NCBI GenBank assembly: GCA_964414185.1
Contig: CAYPVK010000002.1
Span: 82,296-146,295, forward strand
DNA length: 64,000 nt
Reading direction: 5' to 3'
DNA from: an uncultured Lactobacillales bacterium
Lineage (GTDB): Bacteria; Pseudomonadota; Alphaproteobacteria; CAAHEQ01; UBA3637
Shown: one piece after another, positions 50,169 to 59,914 of the stretch
Position numbering within the stretch: the stretch's first letter is position 1
How the letters are laid out: each line of letters starts with the position of its first letter
The notes under the pieces: generated by a model
Told to the model about the DNA's origin: nothing
The model's input: only the letters and a program-made list of their open reading frames with translations
The model's database searches: none
Program-made: the position numbers and the translations under genes

Positions 50169-51200
50169 ATGAAAATTTTAACGGCTGTATTTTTAAGCAT
50201 GTTTTTTATCAATGTTCAAGCGTCGGCGCAAACCGAATCGGTTGATGCCGAAGCCGTTATTGTTAATGAACAAACGGCATCTGATGAAACGGCCCCAAAC
50301 AATCAATCCGTTGCGAATGTTCAAGGAAATGTCAAAGGGGATGAAGATGCTTCCGCGCCTTTTTCATGTGATGACCCGAATGCTTTGGCGATAGAACCCG
50401 AAGCATGTGCCAAATGCGAAAACCGCCATATGAAATATAAAAACAGCCTGTTGTATGAAGCACAATATTGTGTTTTAAAGAAATGTCCCGCAGATAAACC
50501 TTTGGCGGATTCCAAAGGGGCTTGCCATGGTTGCAATGAAGATTTCGCCGATGTTGACAGGTATGCAACGGATTGTGCGCCTTGTGCGAATCGCGTTTTG
50601 GAAGGGGAAGACATACATAAAAAATGCGTGGTAAAAGTGCCATGTGACGATCCGTTATCGTTCAATGTGAAAAAATTACAATTACCGTGTTCGTTGTGTG
50701 AAAATCGCGAAGTTATTCAAACATCCAAAGGAAAACGGTGTGCATTGAAAGTTTGTCCCGTCGACAAACCGATCAGGGGAGGTGCTTCGGCCAGTTGTTA
50801 TGCGTGTGATATTTTGTCTGTCGTAACGGTTGGTGCACCCGAAGATTGCGCCGTTTGTGGAAATCGCAAAGTCGTTGAAGCAGAAGGAAAATATTATTGC
50901 GCTTTAAGCACATGTCCCGAAGAATACCCGAAACGTCTTGAGAACGGCAAATGCGCCGGCGAAGCCGAATATGCCTATGCAATGCGTGAAAAAGGCATAT
51001 TGGATTATGGTGACGAGATTGCCGGTAAGGTCGCTCATTTCCTTTTGGACATTTTTGAAGATTTGGGCATTAATGATTTTTGCAGAACATATATTTCGCC
51101 GATTTTGGTATCTATTTTGGCACCTGTGGGAAAAGTTTTCGAATTCATATTCGGATTGATTGTTATTATCGGCATGGCTTTTGGCCCTCTTTTTATTTAG
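50169..51200 (+). CDS. Secreted, C-terminally membrane-anchored Cys-rich repeat protein (novel family)
   Basis: It has a signal peptide ([20 protein letters not shown]). Four or more tandem modules follow, each with CxxCxNR...(K/Y)C(A/V)L(K/S)xCPxDKP spacing; examples are CAKCENR, CAPCANR, CSLCENR and CAVCGNR. The C-terminus is a hydrophobic ~35-aa segment ([32 protein letters not shown]). Confidence 0.6.
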   Translation: MKILTAVFLSMFFINVQASAQTESVDAEAVIVNEQTASDETAPNNQSVANVQGNVKGDEDASAPFSCDDPNALAIEPEACAKCENRHMKYKNSLLYEAQYCVLKKCPADKPLADSKGACHGCNEDFADVDRYATDCAPCANRVLEGEDIHKKCVVKVPCDDPLSFNVKKLQLPCSLCENREVIQTSKGKRCALKVCPVDKPIRGGASASCYACDILSVVTVGAPEDCAVCGNRKVVEAEGKYYCALSTCPEEYPKRLENGKCAGEAEYAYAMREKGILDYGDEIAGKVAHFLLDIFEDLGINDFCRTYISPILVSILAPVGKVFEFIFGLIVIIGMAFGPLFI

Positions 51201-51271
51201 CCTTGACAAATGAGTGGGTAAAATATATTATCGCAAGCAGTTTTAATTTAACTTTTTTTCAGGAGGATTTT

Positions 51272-51694
51272 ATGAGCATTCAAAGAACTTTTTCAATTAT
51301 TAAACCCGATGCCACGCGCCGCAATTTGACGGGTGCCATCAATGCCAAAATCGAAAGTGCGGGTTTGCGTATCGTTGCTCAAAAACGCGTGCGTATGACA
51401 AAGGATCAAGCCGAAACGTTTTATGCCGTTCACAAAGGCAAACCGTTTTTTGACGAATTGGTCAAATTTATGACGTCAGCCCCCGTTGTCGTGCAAGTTT
51501 TGGAGGGCGAAAACGCGATTTTAAAATACCGCGAAGTTATGGGTGCAACCAATCCCGCCAATGCCGCCGAAGGGACCATTCGTAAAGAATTTGCCTTGAG
51601 CATGGGCGAAAATTCCGCTCACGGGTCGGACAGCGAAGAAAATGCTGCCGTTGAAATTGCCCAATGGTTCAGCGGCAACGAAATCGTCGGATAA
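51272..51694 (+). CDS. ndk: Nucleoside diphosphate kinase
   Basis: [38 protein letters not shown] plus the active-site region (NSAHGSDS). An aggagg ribosome-binding site lies 6 nt upstream. Confidence 0.93.
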   Translation: MSIQRTFSIIKPDATRRNLTGAINAKIESAGLRIVAQKRVRMTKDQAETFYAVHKGKPFFDELVKFMTSAPVVVQVLEGENAILKYREVMGATNPANAAEGTIRKEFALSMGENSAHGSDSEENAAVEIAQWFSGNEIVG

Positions 51695-51817
51695 TTTTCG
51701 AACCTTTTTATTAAAACGGGGCTGTTGTCAACAAGCCTCGTTTTTTGTTGTCAAGCATACGGGACTGTGGTATACGTGTATAAGTTTTTTTTAATTTATT
51801 AAATTTTGAATTAATAT

Positions 51818-52822
51818 TTGGTTGAAGAGGATATAATGTTGCGACACAAATCGTTTTCATTAAAACAAAATTTGGTAATTTTGACGTTTTTTTCGTTATT
51901 TTTGGGGATCTTTTTTTGTTTGTTTGAATTAATGCGTAATCCATTGGTCAGCGTCATTATTCCAACTTACAATCGTGCCGAATTTTTGCCGCGCGCCATT
52001 GATTCGGTTTTGGCACAAACTTTTACGGATTTTGAATTGATTGTCATTGATGACGGTTCTACGGATGGTACAGACCGAATTTTGAAAAATTATGCGCGTC
52101 AGGATAAACGGATAAAAGTAATCACGCAAAAAAATTGCGGTGTTTCATGCGCGAGAAATAAAGGATTGTCAATGGCGCGCGGTACGTATGTTTCTATGTT
52201 GGATTCCGATGATTTTGCTTTGCCGGAGATGTTGGAACGCCAAGTTCTTTATATGCGCAAATATCCGGATTTAGCGGCATTGGCAAGTCTTGAAATACGC
52301 GTTATTGATTTTCCTTTTTCATCAAAAGACGTTGAAAATATGCCCGTTCTCCGTTCGGAATTTTTCGGTTTTAGTATGACGCCGTCTCAGGTGCGTATTG
52401 CTTATTTGTTCAGCAGTATGTTTAAACCGTCGGGTTCTTGCTATAAAAAATCTTTTTTGAATGAATATGGCATTTTATATGATGAAAATTTGCAATCGGC
52501 GGAAGATTATGATTTTTTCAGACAGATTTTAATGCATCGTGGTTTGATTGCAAGAGTAAACGAAAATTGGGCAGTTGTTCGTATTCATCGGTCGCATGGC
52601 GAAGATTTTTATAGGACTATGAATTGGAACAGCGTGATTGTCAAAAAACGGTTTTTCGCGCCTTATTGGGAATTATCCGGGAAAGAAAGCGGATATCGCG
52701 AATTTTCTTGGGAAGAAAGGTGCGTTATTTTGCAAAAAATTCTTGATAATTGGACGGATGGCGGCTGGTTGAAAAAAACAGACGTAACGGATTATATGGC
52801 GAAGTTTTGTACCGTTCATTAA
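51818..52822 (+). CDS. Glycosyltransferase family 2 with an N-terminal TM segment
   Basis: VSVIIPTYNRAEFLPRAIDSVLAQTFTDFELIVIDDGSTDGT and a DSDD motif identify a GT2. The start may be the internal Met at 51836. Confidence 0.8.
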   Translation: MVEEDIMLRHKSFSLKQNLVILTFFSLFLGIFFCLFELMRNPLVSVIIPTYNRAEFLPRAIDSVLAQTFTDFELIVIDDGSTDGTDRILKNYARQDKRIKVITQKNCGVSCARNKGLSMARGTYVSMLDSDDFALPEMLERQVLYMRKYPDLAALASLEIRVIDFPFSSKDVENMPVLRSEFFGFSMTPSQVRIAYLFSSMFKPSGSCYKKSFLNEYGILYDENLQSAEDYDFFRQILMHRGLIARVNENWAVVRIHRSHGEDFYRTMNWNSVIVKKRFFAPYWELSGKESGYREFSWEERCVILQKILDNWTDGGWLKKTDVTDYMAKFCTVH

Positions 52823-52996
52823 AAAATATCGGATTGTTTGCAAAATTCGTTCTATGCACGTGTTTTCATTTATCTTTTAACGGTGACGGTTAATAATTTG
52901 TTAACCAATCTTTAACCTTATTTTTGTATACTGGCTTTTGTTGTTTTTGCCATGTATTTTCAACAAATATTTTAGTTATAAACAAAGGTCTGTATC

Positions 52997-53923
52997 ATGC
53001 AAAAAAGCCCGCATATTCCCGTTTTGTTGGCCGAAGTCCTAAAGGCTTTGGTTCATGGTGCGGGCGGCACGTATATTGACGGGACTTTCGGCGCGGGGGG
53101 GTATACGCGCGCGATATTACAACAAGATGCAAATGCCAATGTTATCGGTTTTGACCGTGACCCCGATGCCGCCAAAACAGGATATGATTTGGAAAGGCAA
53201 ATGCAGGGGCGTTTTTCGTTCGTGCATGATTGTTTCGGAAATATGGCCGATCATATCGGCGAACAAGTTGACGGCATTGTGTTGGATTTGGGCGTTTCGT
53301 CGATGCAAATCGACCGTCCCGAACGCGGTTTTTCATTCCGCTTTGACGGGCCGTTGGATATGCGCATGGGGCAAACGGGTTTATGTGCCAAAGACATTGT
53401 CAACGGGTTTAAAGAAAAAGAAATTGCCGACATACTTTTTAAATACGGCGAAGAAAAGGCGTCTCGCCGCATTGCCGCCGCGATTGTCAAAGCGCGGGCG
53501 GATAAGCCGATAATAACGACGGGGGCTTTGGCGGAACTTGTCCATTCGGTAATGCCCAAACCCAAAGACGGGTCGGATTCGGCGATGCGCACGTTTCAAG
53601 CGTTGCGCATTTATGTCAACGACGAATTGGGCGAATTGGAACGCGCATTGGATGCGTCCGTGCATTTGTTAAAGCCGGGCGGACGGTTGGTGGTTGTGAC
53701 ATTCCATTCATTGGAAGATCGGATTGTCAAAAACTTTTTGATTAAAAATTCATCGTTGCGTCCGAATCAAAATCGCCATGCACCCGTTTTGCAACAGGCG
53801 GGCGATAAACCTCTGTTCAAAGTGTTGACCAAAAAGCCCGTTTTGCCGACCGACGCAGAAATTAAAAACAACCCGCGGTCTCATTCGGCCAAACTGCGTG
53901 CCGCCGTGCGCGAGGAGGATTAG
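52997..53923 (+). CDS. rsmH: 16S rRNA (cytosine1402-N4)-methyltransferase RsmH (MraW)
   Basis: HIPVLLAEVLKAL, GTFGAGGYT and DLGVSSMQIDRPERGFSF are canonical RsmH motifs. It is the first gene of the dcw cluster, with no mraZ upstream. Confidence 0.93.
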   Translation: MQKSPHIPVLLAEVLKALVHGAGGTYIDGTFGAGGYTRAILQQDANANVIGFDRDPDAAKTGYDLERQMQGRFSFVHDCFGNMADHIGEQVDGIVLDLGVSSMQIDRPERGFSFRFDGPLDMRMGQTGLCAKDIVNGFKEKEIADILFKYGEEKASRRIAAAIVKARADKPIITTGALAELVHSVMPKPKDGSDSAMRTFQALRIYVNDELGELERALDASVHLLKPGGRLVVVTFHSLEDRIVKNFLIKNSSLRPNQNRHAPVLQQAGDKPLFKVLTKKPVLPTDAEIKNNPRSHSAKLRAAVREED

Positions 53924-54226
53924 ATGCGTTTATGGTTGATAAATTTGTGTTGCATTTTAATTGCCGTTTCATCGGGCATCAGCATGTTCATGTTAAAGTA
54001 CCGCGTGATTGAAAAGGAAGAAGAATTGTTCCGCATCCATAAACAAATTGCCGCCGATAAACGCGAAATTCATATGTTGAAAGGCGATTGGGCGTTGCTT
54101 AACGATCCCGAACGGCTGAAGGTTTTGGTCGAAAAGCAAACGAATTTAAAGGCTATCGGCGCCGATCAGGTTATTGAAGTTTCCGCGTTGCCCGAAAAAA
54201 GCGCATCGGATGAAACGGGGGAATAA
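53924..54226 (+). CDS. ftsL: Cell division protein FtsL (alphaproteobacterial type)
   Basis: 100 aa with one TM helix and a coiled-coil. It lies between rsmH and ftsI. Confidence 0.7.
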   Translation: MRLWLINLCCILIAVSSGISMFMLKYRVIEKEEELFRIHKQIAADKREIHMLKGDWALLNDPERLKVLVEKQTNLKAIGADQVIEVSALPEKSASDETGE

Positions 54227-54228
54227 AC

Positions 54229-55965
54229 ATGGCGTTTAAAAAAAAGGAAACCTTTTATTATCCCGGCCGCGAAATCCCGCATACCGCATTGGATAAATAT
54301 CGGTGTTTGGACGGTGCGACGATGGTGGCTTTGCAAAAGGCGCGTTCGCGCATTACGTTGATTATGGTCGTATTGTCAATTTGCTTTATCGTCATTTTAT
54401 GCCGCTTGTTCCAACTGACGATTGTTAATTACCAATCGCGCCAATTTGTGCCGTCCGTGTTGAAAACGGATTTTGAATTAAAGCGCAAAAATATTGTCGA
54501 TCGCAACGGCGTTTTATTAGCAACCGGTGTCCCGACGGTTGATTTGTCGATTAATCCGAGCATGGTTAAAAATCCGTCGGAAGTGGCACGGCGTTTGTCC
54601 GAAACATTGCCCGATGTCAGTTATGAAACGATTTTAAAACGTATTGGGCAAGGCGGCAGTTTCCGCTATATAAAACGCAACTTAACGCCCGCCGAACGCA
54701 GCAAAGTGAATTGGCTCGGATATTATTTTTTAACCGAAACGCCGGGCGAAAAACGCGTTTATCCTCAGCGCAATTTGTTTTCGCATTTAATCGGCGGTGT
54801 GGATATTGATAATAACGGCGTGGCGGGATTGGAAAAATCCTATAACACTGCGCTTGGGAAAGACGATTTAAAATTATCGGTCGATATGGCGGTGCAAGAA
54901 ACGGCGCGTTCATCGTTGGACAAAGGCATTCAAAAATTTGAAGCGGACGGCGGCGCAGCCATTGTAATGGATGTGCGTACCGCGGAAATTTTGGCGATGG
55001 TGTCTTTGCCCGATTATACGCCGAATTTATCGTTAAAATTGACAAAAGAACAGCAATTTAACAAAGCGTCGTTGGGCGTATATGAATTCGGTTCGGTATT
55101 TAAATTGTTTAACACGGCAATGGCGCTTGAAAATAAAGATATTACGGTTTGGGATACGTTTGATGTCGGTAAACCTCTTAAAGTCGGACGTAAAGACATT
55201 ACGGATTACCGTGGGCAAAACAGGCCGTTAACCGTTACGGAAATTTTAATGCATTCGTCGAACATCGGCAGTGTTCTTATTTCACAAAAATCGGGGTATA
55301 AAAAGCAACGTGACTTTTTGAAAAGTTTGGGATTTTATGAAGCTTTGCCGATTGCGTTGCCCGAACGTGGCGGCGTATTGGTACCGCGCCAAAAAAAATG
55401 GGCGGATACCACATCGGCCGTTGTGGCGTTCGGATACGGGATTTCGGTGTCTCCGTTGCATTTGATATCGGGTGTGGCCGCTTTGGTCAACGGCGGATAT
55501 TATCGTGTGCCGACTTTTATTAAGGGCGGCAATAAAGGCAAGCCCGAATTCCAAGTGATTTCAAAAGACACGTCCGATAAAATGCGTCATATGATGTGGG
55601 CGGTGGTTAATTGGGATATGTCCGATAAAAATCCGGTTGCCAAATACGCCGTCGGCGGCAAAACGGGGTCGGCGAATTTGATTGAAAACGGCAAATATGT
55701 CATAGGTGCATTACGCACGACATTTGTCGGGGCGTTTCCGATGAACGATCCCAAGTATATTGTAATGGTTGTTTTGGAAAATCCGAAAGGTATCAAAGAA
55801 ACGTGGAATTTTAATACGGCCGGTTGGAATGCCAAGCCGGTCGGGCTTGAAATTATTGCTCAAATCGCACCGCATTTGGGTGTCAAACCCGTTGAAGATT
55901 ACACGCCGCCCAAGTATGTGCAGCGTGCGATTGAAATTTCCAAAGAACATAAAAAGAAACATTAA
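54229..55965 (+). CDS. ftsI: Peptidoglycan D,D-transpeptidase FtsI (PBP3)
   Basis: It has a TM anchor, a dimerisation domain and a transpeptidase domain with SxxK (FGSVFK), SxN and KTG(S) (GGKTGS). Confidence 0.92.
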   Translation: MAFKKKETFYYPGREIPHTALDKYRCLDGATMVALQKARSRITLIMVVLSICFIVILCRLFQLTIVNYQSRQFVPSVLKTDFELKRKNIVDRNGVLLATGVPTVDLSINPSMVKNPSEVARRLSETLPDVSYETILKRIGQGGSFRYIKRNLTPAERSKVNWLGYYFLTETPGEKRVYPQRNLFSHLIGGVDIDNNGVAGLEKSYNTALGKDDLKLSVDMAVQETARSSLDKGIQKFEADGGAAIVMDVRTAEILAMVSLPDYTPNLSLKLTKEQQFNKASLGVYEFGSVFKLFNTAMALENKDITVWDTFDVGKPLKVGRKDITDYRGQNRPLTVTEILMHSSNIGSVLISQKSGYKKQRDFLKSLGFYEALPIALPERGGVLVPRQKKWADTTSAVVAFGYGISVSPLHLISGVAALVNGGYYRVPTFIKGGNKGKPEFQVISKDTSDKMRHMMWAVVNWDMSDKNPVAKYAVGGKTGSANLIENGKYVIGALRTTFVGAFPMNDPKYIVMVVLENPKGIKETWNFNTAGWNAKPVGLEIIAQIAPHLGVKPVEDYTPPKYVQRAIEISKEHKKKH

Positions 55966-55979
55966 AAGAGGCGGTTACA

Positions 55980-58829
55980 ATGAAATTGAAAAATTTGATT
56001 CAAAATACGGATGAAAAATGCGGTGCCGTTGAAATTGACAATATTACATCCAATTCAAACGATGTCCGCGCGGGTACTTTGTTTGTCGCGCTGAAAGGCG
56101 TTAAAACCGACGGTGCGGCTTTTATTCCCGATGCAATCACAAAAGGGGCAGCAGCCGTGTTGGCCGACCGTGAGGTGGCTTCGGATATTCCCGTTGTCCG
56201 TGTTTTGAATGCACGGGTGGCGATGGGGCAAATTGCCGATAAATTGTATCCGTCCGACGGATTAATCAAGGCAGCCGTTACCGGTACGAACGGGAAAACG
56301 TCTTGTGTCAATTATGTTGCCGCATTGTTAAACGGTTTGGGTATTTTATCGGCCGCTTTCGGCACCATCGGCGTGCAATCGCCCGTATTGAATATCGCAG
56401 GATCAATGACAACGCCCGATGCCGTAACCGTGCATAAAATGTTACATGAATTGAATGATGCGGGCGTAAAAGTCGTCGCGATGGAAGCTTCCAGCCATGG
56501 GTTGGACCAAGACCGTTTGGTGGGGATTGATTTTGCGGTGAGCGCTTTTACAAACATAACGCAAGACCATTTGGATTATCACGGCGATATGGCGGCTTAT
56601 TTCAACGCCAAAATGAAATTGTTTTGCGAACGTACGGCCGCGAACGGCATTGTCGTTTTAAATGCCGATATCCCTGAATTTGAAACGATGCATGCACAAA
56701 TTTTGCAAAAAGGGTTGCGTGTTATTTCTTACGGCGTGAACGGTAACGAATTGAAGTTATTGTCGCGTACGGTTACGCCGACAGGGCAAACGATTGAAGT
56801 AAACGCATTCGGAAAAAAATATATGTGCGATTTGAACATCGTCGGCGATTTCCAAGTATCAAACGTGCTGTGTGCCGTCGGCATGTGTATCGGTTTAAAC
56901 GATATTTATAAACTGTTCGGCGAAACAACCGAGGCGCAATTTATTGATAAAATTTTTGCCTTACTGCCAACTTTGCAAGCGCCCGCGGGACGGTTGGAAT
57001 GTGTGGGACATTTAAAAAACGGCGCGACCGTGTATGTCGATTATGCGCATACGCCCGACGCTTTGGAACGCGTGTTAAAAACAATGCGCCCGCATACACG
57101 GCATGAATTGGTGTGCGTGTTCGGTTGCGGCGGTGACAGAGATAAAACCAAACGCCCGTTGATGGGGGCAATCGCGCAAAAATATGCCGACCGCGCCTAT
57201 TTGACCGACGATAATCCGCGCACCGAAAATGCCGCCGATATCCGCGCACAAATCAAAGCGGCGGCACCTCAGTCCATTGAAATCGGCGACCGCCACATCG
57301 CGATTGATGAAGCCGTACGTTCGTTGCAAGAGGGCGACGTGCTGGTTATTGCCGGCAAAGGGCATGAAACGGGGCAAAAAATCGGAGATACCGTTTATGC
57401 GTTTGATGATAAAATCGAAGCACAACTTGCCATAATGCGTGTCGAACAAACGCCGCTGTGGACTTATGACGAATTGCGGGCTTGTTTGGGGGACGCCGTA
57501 CCGTCGGGGGCGTGCGCTTTCGGCATTTCGATTGATACGCGTACGTTAAAAATCGGTGATATGTATGTTGCCCTTCGCGGCGAACGGTTGGACGGACATG
57601 ATTTCGTTGCCGCCGCGGTGCATAAAGGGGCAAGCGTTTGTTTGGTTGACCATCAAATTGCGAGTGTGCCCGAATGTAAACAAATCATTGTGACAGATGT
57701 TCAACCGGCGTTTGAAAAAATGGGGGCGTTTGCCCGTAACCGCAGCGACGCCGCCTTTATCGAAATTACCGGCAGTTCGGGCAAGACAACGACAAAAGAA
57801 ATGTTGAAAACCGCGTTGACAGCGCAAGGAAATACTTATGCCACGGCGGGCAATTTAAACGGCAAAATCGGCGTGCCGTTGACATTGACACGCATGGGGC
57901 GCGATATGCAATATGCAATTATCGAAACAGGCATGGACCATTTGGGGGATTTGACGAACTTGTCAAAAATGGTGCGCCCGAACGTATCGATTATCACGAT
58001 GGTGGGGCCGGCTCATTTGGCATATTTTAAAGACGTTGCCCAGATTGCCGAAGCGAAAAGCGAAATTTTTATCGGCCAGGAAAAAGACGGTACGGCTATC
58101 ATCAATGCCGACAGCCCTTATTGCGCTTTTTTGCGCGATAAAGTCGTTTCAAACGGTATTCGCAATATTATTTCTTTCGGCAAAAATGAACAAGCCGGTT
58201 TCAGATTGTTAAACGCGATGCCGAACGGTGATAAAACGATGGTCAATGCAATGGTCGGCGGTGAAAAAATATCTTATTGCATCGGATTTTTGGGCGAACA
58301 TTTTGCGATGGATTCTTTGGCGGTTTTGGCAGCGGTTGATGCCCTTGGGGCCAGCGTGAAACAAGCGGCTGCCGATTTGTCGCAAACATCGGCGGTTATC
58401 GGGCGCGGCGCGGTGCAAAAAATCACGTTGGCGGACGGGCGTTCGTACGATTTAATCGACGATTCTTATAACGCCAACCCGGCGTCGATGGCGGCATCCG
58501 TCGGTACGTTGGGCATGCATGAAAATACCGTTAAAATCGCACTGCTCGGCGATATGAAAGAATTGGGCGGCGGCGAAATCGAAATGCATACGAATTTATT
58601 ACAAAATTTATTGGACAATCATATTTCAAAGGTTTATGCTGTAGGGACTTTGATGAAGCATTTGTTTGATATATTGCCGTCCGATATGAAAGGGGCATGG
58701 CGGCAAACGCCCGAAGAAATGGCGGGTGTTGTTTTAAACGAAATGCCTGACGGTGCCGTGTTGTTGGTTAAATCTTCCCAAAGCACGGGTTTGAACAAAA
58801 TTGTTCCAACTTTAAAAGGGATGCGATAA
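55980..58829 (+). CDS. murEF: In-frame fusion of MurE (UDP-MurNAc-tripeptide synthetase) and MurF (UDP-MurNAc-pentapeptide synthetase)
   Basis: 949 aa. The MurE part has a P-loop (TGTNGKTS), and its end (...AGKGHETGQKIGDTVYAFDDKIEAQLAIM) is typical. With no stop between them, a MurF N-terminus follows (~57440; ...SIDTRTLKIGDMYVALRGERLDGHDF...ITGSSGKTTTKEML). Confidence 0.85.
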   Translation: MKLKNLIQNTDEKCGAVEIDNITSNSNDVRAGTLFVALKGVKTDGAAFIPDAITKGAAAVLADREVASDIPVVRVLNARVAMGQIADKLYPSDGLIKAAVTGTNGKTSCVNYVAALLNGLGILSAAFGTIGVQSPVLNIAGSMTTPDAVTVHKMLHELNDAGVKVVAMEASSHGLDQDRLVGIDFAVSAFTNITQDHLDYHGDMAAYFNAKMKLFCERTAANGIVVLNADIPEFETMHAQILQKGLRVISYGVNGNELKLLSRTVTPTGQTIEVNAFGKKYMCDLNIVGDFQVSNVLCAVGMCIGLNDIYKLFGETTEAQFIDKIFALLPTLQAPAGRLECVGHLKNGATVYVDYAHTPDALERVLKTMRPHTRHELVCVFGCGGDRDKTKRPLMGAIAQKYADRAYLTDDNPRTENAADIRAQIKAAAPQSIEIGDRHIAIDEAVRSLQEGDVLVIAGKGHETGQKIGDTVYAFDDKIEAQLAIMRVEQTPLWTYDELRACLGDAVPSGACAFGISIDTRTLKIGDMYVALRGERLDGHDFVAAAVHKGASVCLVDHQIASVPECKQIIVTDVQPAFEKMGAFARNRSDAAFIEITGSSGKTTTKEMLKTALTAQGNTYATAGNLNGKIGVPLTLTRMGRDMQYAIIETGMDHLGDLTNLSKMVRPNVSIITMVGPAHLAYFKDVAQIAEAKSEIFIGQEKDGTAIINADSPYCAFLRDKVVSNGIRNIISFGKNEQAGFRLLNAMPNGDKTMVNAMVGGEKISYCIGFLGEHFAMDSLAVLAAVDALGASVKQAAADLSQTSAVIGRGAVQKITLADGRSYDLIDDSYNANPASMAASVGTLGMHENTVKIALLGDMKELGGGEIEMHTNLLQNLLDNHISKVYAVGTLMKHLFDILPSDMKGAWRQTPEEMAGVVLNEMPDGAVLLVKSSQSTGLNKIVPTLKGMR

Positions 58830-59911
58830 TGCTGTATTTACTTTCGTTTTATGCCAATGAATTTAATCTTTTGAATCTGTTCCGTTATATTTCGTTCCGA
58901 ACGGGCGGTGCGATTTTTACCGCATTTTTTATCTGCTTGTTCATGGGGCCGCATTTTATTCGGTGGCTTAAGAAAAAACAAGGCGAAGGGCAACCTATCC
59001 GCACCGACGGGCCACAAACGCATTTGGCAAAAAAAGGAACACCGACCATGGGCGGATTGATGATTTTGATATCGGCCGCCGCTGCGACGTTATTGTGGGC
59101 AAATTGGTTTAATCCGTATGTTTGGATGTTGTTATTTGTCTTGCTCGGATTCGGTTTGGCGGGCATGTTGGACGATTATTTGAAATTAACCAGGCGCAAT
59201 CCGAATGGCGTGTCGTCACGGCAAAAATTATTTTTGCAATTGGTTGTTTCGATTATCGCATGCGTATGGATGATTATGCTTGAACAAGGGCCGATGGGTA
59301 CCACATTGACCGTGCCGTTTTTTAAAAACTTGTTCATCGACTTGGGATATTTTTATGTACCGTTCGTGTTGATTGTACTTGTCGGTGCTTCAAATGCCGT
59401 TAATTTGACAGACGGTTTGGACGGGTTGGTCAGCATTCCCGTTATTATGTCGGTATTGGTATTTATGGTAATAGCCTATCTTGTCGGTCGTATCGATTAC
59501 GCATCGTATTTAAAAGTTCATTATGTATTGGGAGCAGGGGAAATGTCCATTTTTTGCGGTGCCGTTATCGGAGGCGTTATGGGCTTTTTGTGGTTTAACG
59601 CGCATCCGGCGCAAGTATTTATGGGCGATACGGGTTCTTTGGCTTTAGGCGGCGTGTTGGGAGCTTTGTCCGTTGCAACGAAACACGAAATTGTTTTGGC
59701 GATTTCGGGCGGCGTTTTTGTTGTTGAAGCTTTATCGGTTATGATTCAGGTCGGTTCTTATAAATTGCGTGGCAAACGCGTATTTTTGATGGCGCCGATA
59801 CATCACCATTTTGAAAAAAAAGGATGGAGCGAAACAACCGTTGTCGTTCGTTTTTGGATTGTATCCATTTTGTTGGCTTTGTTGGCTTTGTCTACATTAA
59901 AATTGAGGTAG
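58829..59911 (+). CDS. mraY: Phospho-N-acetylmuramoyl-pentapeptide transferase
   Basis: 360 aa and polytopic, with the MraY motifs NAVNLTDGLDGL and HHHFE. Confidence 0.93.
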   Translation: MLYLLSFYANEFNLLNLFRYISFRTGGAIFTAFFICLFMGPHFIRWLKKKQGEGQPIRTDGPQTHLAKKGTPTMGGLMILISAAAATLLWANWFNPYVWMLLFVLLGFGLAGMLDDYLKLTRRNPNGVSSRQKLFLQLVVSIIACVWMIMLEQGPMGTTLTVPFFKNLFIDLGYFYVPFVLIVLVGASNAVNLTDGLDGLVSIPVIMSVLVFMVIAYLVGRIDYASYLKVHYVLGAGEMSIFCGAVIGGVMGFLWFNAHPAQVFMGDTGSLALGGVLGALSVATKHEIVLAISGGVFVVEALSVMIQVGSYKLRGKRVFLMAPIHHHFEKKGWSETTVVVRFWIVSILLALLALSTLKLR

Positions 59912-59914
59912 CGC

